A DNA stretch of 63,071 nucleotides, the filler included, from Octopus bimaculoides (taxonomy: Eukaryota): NCBI RefSeq assembly GCF_001194135.2. It is 4 parts of 4 records of this genome, joined end to end, with 100 filler letters (N's around TTAATTAATTAA, not from the genome) between each part and the next. Parts side by side here need not be neighbours in the genome. Positions count along the whole stretch, not along the records: positions 56,901 to 63,071 come from NC_068986.1; 3 more parts are not named here. One strand, written 5' to 3'. The notes beneath the pieces are model-generated. The model saw only the letters and a list, made by a program, of their open reading frames with translations, ran no database searches and had not been told where the DNA came from. Positions 62,648-63,071 of this stretch are shown in pieces. The translations under genes and the position numbers were made by a program. The stretch's first letter is position 1. Each line of letters starts with the position of its first letter.

Positions 62648-63015
62648 AGTCATTATACTGCTGCCATGCAATGATTCAGTGTGACCAACAGATTAAACAT
62701 CGAAAACCTGACATTGTTGTATTGAGAGAAAAGAAAAAAAATGTGTCTCCTAATTGACATAACATGTCCAGGTGACAAACAGGATTGATAAAACAGAAGA
62801 AGAAAAAGTAAAGAACTGTAATGAATTCAAGTGGTAAATACGTTGGTTGTTGGCAATGAAGGGAGGGGTGATGATACCAATAGAGATTGGTCTACTTGGA
62901 AATATCAGTACCTAATTACCAGCATGGCTCATAAACATTGGAACGAACGTAAAGATAGAATACCTACAAAAGTAATCATTTCTATGAACTGCCATGCTGT
63001 TGTAGCACCTCGGAG
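62648..63015 (+). mobile_element. R4/Dong-clade RLE-domain fragment (copy 5)
   Basis: MIQCDQQIKHRKPDIVVLREKKK / CLLIDITCPGD ... IPIEIGLLG ... IEYLQK matches the PD-(D/E)xK restriction-like endonuclease region. Confidence 0.8.
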
Positions 63016-63028
63016 GAGTTTATTCGAA

Positions 63029-63071
<43 letters not shown>

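Overview
About 63 kb of AT-rich animal genomic DNA with many assembly gaps. The density of (TA)/(CA)/(GA)/(TATC)/(TAA)-type microsatellites, the SINE repertoire and the 44N-TTAATTAATTAA-44N spacers suggest an octopus draft assembly, probably Octopus bimaculoides; this is an inference. No intact protein-coding gene is visible, and almost all ORF-track entries are microsatellite or N-gap artefacts. Supported content: (i) five clear and one possible degenerate R4/Dong-clade (RLE-type) non-LTR retrotransposon fragments, two of them visibly ending in (TAA)n; (ii) a decayed DD37D (maT) mariner-type transposase, RTE and possible Tx1 remnants, and a hAT MITE with a perfect 8-bp TSD; (iii) about 40 copies of several tRNA-derived SINE families (labelled A-D and G here, plus unclassified repeats E, F, H) showing head/tail module swapping; (iv) a 5S rRNA pseudogene, a 31-bp minisatellite and several long fold-back palindromes. 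Best leads: a tRNA-headed SINE whose 3' part folds as a Penelope-type minimal hammerhead ribozyme (33.0 kb), a second unrelated hammerhead-like repeat (37.9 kb), a non-coding ~550-bp retro-element that inserts into (TAA)n with the same polarity as the local R4/Dong LINEs, a textbook recursive-splice ratchet point with RS-exon (55.97 kb), and a candidate plus-strand exon hidden in an assembly gap (26.7-27.0 kb). Family letters are my own labels. Boundaries of degenerate elements are approximate (about +/-20-50 bp).
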